Position numbers and translations under genes: made by a program. A stretch of 64,000 nucleotides of DNA from Cyanobacteriota bacterium (lineage in GTDB: Bacteria > Cyanobacteriota > Cyanobacteriia > Thermostichales > Thermostichaceae), in contig JANRIL010000024.1 in assembly GCA_033764955.1 (NCBI GenBank), positions 64,001 to 128,000 of the forward strand, written 5' to 3'. Of this stretch, positions 60,527 through 64,000 are shown piece by piece; position 1 is the first letter of the stretch; every line of letters starts with the position of its first letter. The notes under the pieces were generated by a model, which was not told where the DNA came from, made no database searches, and saw nothing but the letters and a program-made list of their open reading frames with translations.

Positions 60527-61792
60527 ATGTCTAGCGAACAGCCAACTCAGGCTGAAATTCTCTGCATTGGCACGGAGCTGTTGCTGGGGGAAATCACCAA
60601 TACCAATGCCCAATATCTGGCTCAAGAGCTAGCCAAATTAGGGATCCCCCACCACTTCCAAACCGTTGTGGGAGATAACATCCCGCGCATTCACCAAGCG
60701 CTCGCCATAGCCGCTCGCCGCAGCCGCTTGATCCTGATCACGGGTGGATTAGGCCCTACCCCTGACGATCTCACCCACGAGGCTATGGCCTCCTACTTTC
60801 AAGTTCCCCTCGTCGAACATCCGCAACTGTGGGAAGAAATCCAGCGTAAATATGGGCAACGGGGCATTGTCCCCTCCCCCAGCAACCGCAAACAAACCCT
60901 TTTGCCGGAGGGGGCGCAAGTTTTACCCAATCCAGTGGGGAGTGCCTGCGGCGTGATGTGGGATCCCTCTCCCCACCTCAGTCTGTTTACCTTTCCAGGG
61001 GTGCCCCAGGAAATGCAGCCGATGTGGCAGCAAACGGTTGTGCCCTATTTGCGTGCCCAGGGCTGGGGGCAAGAGGTTTTTCACAGTCAGGTGTTGCGCC
61101 ATTGGGGAATTGCCGAGTCGGTTTTGGCAGAACGCGTGGGATCCCTGTTGGATAGCACGAACCCGACGGTGGCTCCCTATGCCGGACGGGGGGAGGTGCG
61201 CCTGCGGGTAACGGGGCGAGCCGCCACTCCCGAAGCCGCCCAAGCCCTCATGGATCCGCTGATCCAGAAGCTCAAAGCGGTAGCGGGCGAGGATTATTTT
61301 GGCAGCGATGACGATACCCTGGCCTCGGTGGTGGGATCCCTGCTGCTAAAACGGCAACAAACCCTGGCGGTGGCGGAATCCTGCACAGGCGGCCTCTTGG
61401 GGGAACAGATTACTGGCATCCCCGGCAGTTCGGCCTACTTTATGGGTGGGGTGATTAGCTACGACAATCGAGTCAAACAACAGCTTTTGCAGGTGGAGTC
61501 CGAGACCCTAGCCAATTACGGAGCCGTCAGCGAGCCAGTTGCCGCTCAAATGGCTTTGGGGGTGCAAACATTGCTGCAAACCGACTGGGCACTCAGCATC
61601 ACGGGGATTGCTGGCCCCGGCGGCGGCAGCCCCACCAAGCCTGTGGGATTGGTGTTTATTGGCTTGGCGGATCCCCACCAGCAGGTACAGGTCAGTCGCC
61701 ATTCGTTGGGATCCCTGCGGGGACGGGAAGGCATCCGCTGGTCAAGTGCCCAAACGGCTCTCGATCTGCTGCGGCGGCGGCTACAGCGCTAG
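60527..61792 (+). CDS. cinA: Competence/damage-inducible protein A
   Basis: IGTELLLG, VGDN, TGGLGPT.DD, AESCTGG, SITGIAGP. Confidence 0.94.
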   Translation: MSSEQPTQAEILCIGTELLLGEITNTNAQYLAQELAKLGIPHHFQTVVGDNIPRIHQALAIAARRSRLILITGGLGPTPDDLTHEAMASYFQVPLVEHPQLWEEIQRKYGQRGIVPSPSNRKQTLLPEGAQVLPNPVGSACGVMWDPSPHLSLFTFPGVPQEMQPMWQQTVVPYLRAQGWGQEVFHSQVLRHWGIAESVLAERVGSLLDSTNPTVAPYAGRGEVRLRVTGRAATPEAAQALMDPLIQKLKAVAGEDYFGSDDDTLASVVGSLLLKRQQTLAVAESCTGGLLGEQITGIPGSSAYFMGGVISYDNRVKQQLLQVESETLANYGAVSEPVAAQMALGVQTLLQTDWALSITGIAGPGGGSPTKPVGLVFIGLADPHQQVQVSRHSLGSLRGREGIRWSSAQTALDLLRRRLQR

Positions 61793-61921
61793 ACCTCTGC
61801 TTGAGCATTGCCCTTCTTGTCGTTGATTTTTCTAGACAGTCTAGCGATCAGCGATCCCCCCACTCCCAAACGGGTAGGCGCTACAGTGAGCAAGGTGAGC
61901 GGTGGGAGGAGCAACACACCC

Positions 61922-63304
61922 ATGAGCGCGACGACAGCCCGATATGGAACCACCGCCGCCAAAACGGAGCGGCTGCTCACTCTAGACAACGTGGGCAAAT
62001 CCTATATCCAGCCCAGCGGCCAAAAGATCTCGATCATGGAAAAGATCTCCCTCGAACTTTACACCGGAGAAATTGTTGCCCTGCTGGGGCCATCGGGATC
62101 CGGGAAATCCACCTTAATGCGGATGATTGCCGGATTGGTTCCGCCTTCCTCAGGACAAGTCCTCTACCGCCAGCAGCCGATGCTGGGTCTCAATCCGGGC
62201 GTAGCGATTGTCTTTCAAAGTTTTGCCCTCTACCCCTGGCTGACCGTTCTGGAAAATGTGGAACTGGGTCTGAAGGCTCTAGGAGAACGCGCTGACTCGC
62301 GCCGCCGTAAAGCCCACCAGATGATCGATGTGATTGGGCTGGATGGCTTTGAGAATGCCTATCCCAAAGAACTCTCTGGGGGGATGCGACAACGGGTGGG
62401 GTTTGCTCGTGCCTTGGCGGTGGAACCCGAACTGCTCTGCATGGACGAACCTTTTTCGGCGCTGGATGTGCTGACGGCGGAAAACCTGCGCTTTGAACTA
62501 TTGGATCTCTGGCTAGAAAAACGGATCCCGACCCAAGCCATCTTGATTGTTACCCACGGCATTGAAGAGGCGGTTTTGTTGGCTGACCGCATTATTGTTT
62601 TGGGGCGCAATCCCGGACGGATTCGAGCCGACTTGCCCGTGACGTTACCCCATTATCGGGATCGCAAAAGCCCAGGCTTTCAGGCATTGGTAGATCAGGT
62701 CTACAAAATTTTGACTCACCCTGAGCAGGATGTGGAGGCAGCGGCTCCCGCCGTGACCTTTGCCCAACCCGCCAAACCCGAAAAATATCAATCCCTTCCC
62801 TCTGTGCGGATTGGTTCCATCGCGGGTTTGCTGGAGTTGCTCGAAGATCGGCAAGGGGATCTCTATCGCCTCGGTCAGGAACTGCAACTGGAGGTGGATG
62901 ATATCTTGCCGATTGTGGAAGCCGCGAAATATATGGAGTTGATTGCCCTGCAAGAGGGAGATGTCACTCTCACCCCCTTGGGTGCCCAGTTTATTGAAGG
63001 CAACACCGATCAGCGCAAACAGATTGTGCAACGCCAACTACTGGCTCATATCCGCTTGGTACAACAAATCTTTCACCTGCTGCAAGCCAAACGCAATCGG
63101 CGCATCCCTGAGGAGTTGATCCTCGATATTTTGGCTGCCCATTTCAGTCCCCAAGAAGCGGAGCGACAACTGGCAACCGCCATTGACTGGGGTCGTTATG
63201 CTGAGCTTTATAGCTATGATGAACCTGCGGGAGAAATTTTCCTGGACAAGGAGGATTATCCCCCCACCGATACCGGGATCCCCCATGCTGCCCGCCCCCT
63301 CTGA
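61922..63304 (+). CDS. Nitrate/sulfonate-type ABC ATPase with C-terminal AAA-associated domain
   Basis: GPSGSGKS, LSGGMRQR, DEPFSALD, IDWGRYAELY. Confidence 0.9.
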   Translation: MSATTARYGTTAAKTERLLTLDNVGKSYIQPSGQKISIMEKISLELYTGEIVALLGPSGSGKSTLMRMIAGLVPPSSGQVLYRQQPMLGLNPGVAIVFQSFALYPWLTVLENVELGLKALGERADSRRRKAHQMIDVIGLDGFENAYPKELSGGMRQRVGFARALAVEPELLCMDEPFSALDVLTAENLRFELLDLWLEKRIPTQAILIVTHGIEEAVLLADRIIVLGRNPGRIRADLPVTLPHYRDRKSPGFQALVDQVYKILTHPEQDVEAAAPAVTFAQPAKPEKYQSLPSVRIGSIAGLLELLEDRQGDLYRLGQELQLEVDDILPIVEAAKYMELIALQEGDVTLTPLGAQFIEGNTDQRKQIVQRQLLAHIRLVQQIFHLLQAKRNRRIPEELILDILAAHFSPQEAERQLATAIDWGRYAELYSYDEPAGEIFLDKEDYPPTDTGIPHAARPL

Positions 63305-63369
63305 AGGAACTTCAGGGATCCCACGCTGACCGCGGGCTAACTGACCACAAGGGCTAAACCATCCGAAAT

Positions 63370-64000
63370 ATGACAACAGGACATCGGATCTTGCTGGTGG
63401 ATGATGAACCGGGCTTACGGGAAGCGGTGCAAGCCTACCTAGAGGAGCACGGGTTTTTGGTGACTCCAGCGGCCAATCCTCAGCAAGCCTTTCAACTCCT
63501 CAGCACCGTTCAGCCGGAAGTGGTGATCTCTGACATCATGATGCCGGGTATGGATGGCTTTCAATTTTTGCACCAACTCCGCCAACTGGAACTCTACAGC
63601 CATCTACCTGTGATTTTTTTGACGGCCAAAGGCATGACTGCTGACCGCATTCAGGGCTACCGCGCTGGGGTCGATGCCTACCTGCCCAAACCCTTTGATC
63701 CCGATGAGTTAGTGGCGATTGTCCAGAACCAAATCGACCGTGCCCAGACCCTAGCTCCGCCCGCCGTGATTGCCCGTGAGTTAGCCTCAATTCGAGCCAT
63801 GCTGACCGAGAAAGGGGATCCCGAAATGGTGACCAGCGGTCAGCCCTCCCCTCCCCCCCCCCCAACTCCCCCCATTCAGGTGGATCTCACCCCCCGTGAA
63901 CAGGAGGTCTTAGAAAAAGTGGCGGAAGGACTCATGAATAAAGAGATTGCCAAACAACTGCAAACTAGCATCCGCAATGTCGAGAAGTATGTAACCCGCC
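63370..64000 (+). CDS. NarL/LuxR response regulator (Ycf29/Rre1-like), runs off the window end
   Basis: MTTGHRILLVDDEPGLREAV, SDIMMP, FLTAKGMTADRIQGY, LTPREQEVL..GLMNKEIA..RNVEKYV. Confidence 0.9.
   Translation, partial: MTTGHRILLVDDEPGLREAVQAYLEEHGFLVTPAANPQQAFQLLSTVQPEVVISDIMMPGMDGFQFLHQLRQLELYSHLPVIFLTAKGMTADRIQGYRAGVDAYLPKPFDPDELVAIVQNQIDRAQTLAPPAVIARELASIRAMLTEKGDPEMVTSGQPSPPPPPTPPIQVDLTPREQEVLEKVAEGLMNKEIAKQLQTSIRNVEKYVTR

Overview
Chromosomal segment of a cyanobacterium (psbK, ndhM, sasA, atpC, Ycf29/Rre1-type regulator). GGGATCCC/GGATCC is pervasive instead of canonical HIP1 GCGATCGC, which suggests a Thermostichus-like (Yellowstone Synechococcus-type) lineage; this is inference. Most of the window is shuffled housekeeping genes (ldh, sasA, fdhD, mobA, clpS, murJ, trmB, rnpB, hspA, pstS, hemY, pcrA, frmA, argJ, cinA) and ABC transporter parts without their partner subunits. 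Mobile elements: (i) an intact-looking IsrB (HNH-less IscB, OMEGA) element at about 1820-3265 with an omegaRNA scaffold, matching end hairpins and a TTGA motif at its 3' flank; (ii) an intact-looking tnpB-only IS200/IS605 element at about 59066-60461; (iii) an IS5 remnant; (iv) a TA-flanked MITE and a degenerate second copy. Not shown by the ORF track: RNase P RNA with two unusual insertions, a 56-aa His-rich metallothionein, and a 51-aa small protein. That small protein lies in a 1.8-kb ORF-poor region that also holds eight RACAA motifs spaced about 11 bp apart ahead of a terminator, a candidate protein-sponge sRNA or operator array. A ferredoxin-fused nucleotide cyclase lacks both metal-binding Asp residues. 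All calls come from reading motifs by eye; no searches were run.
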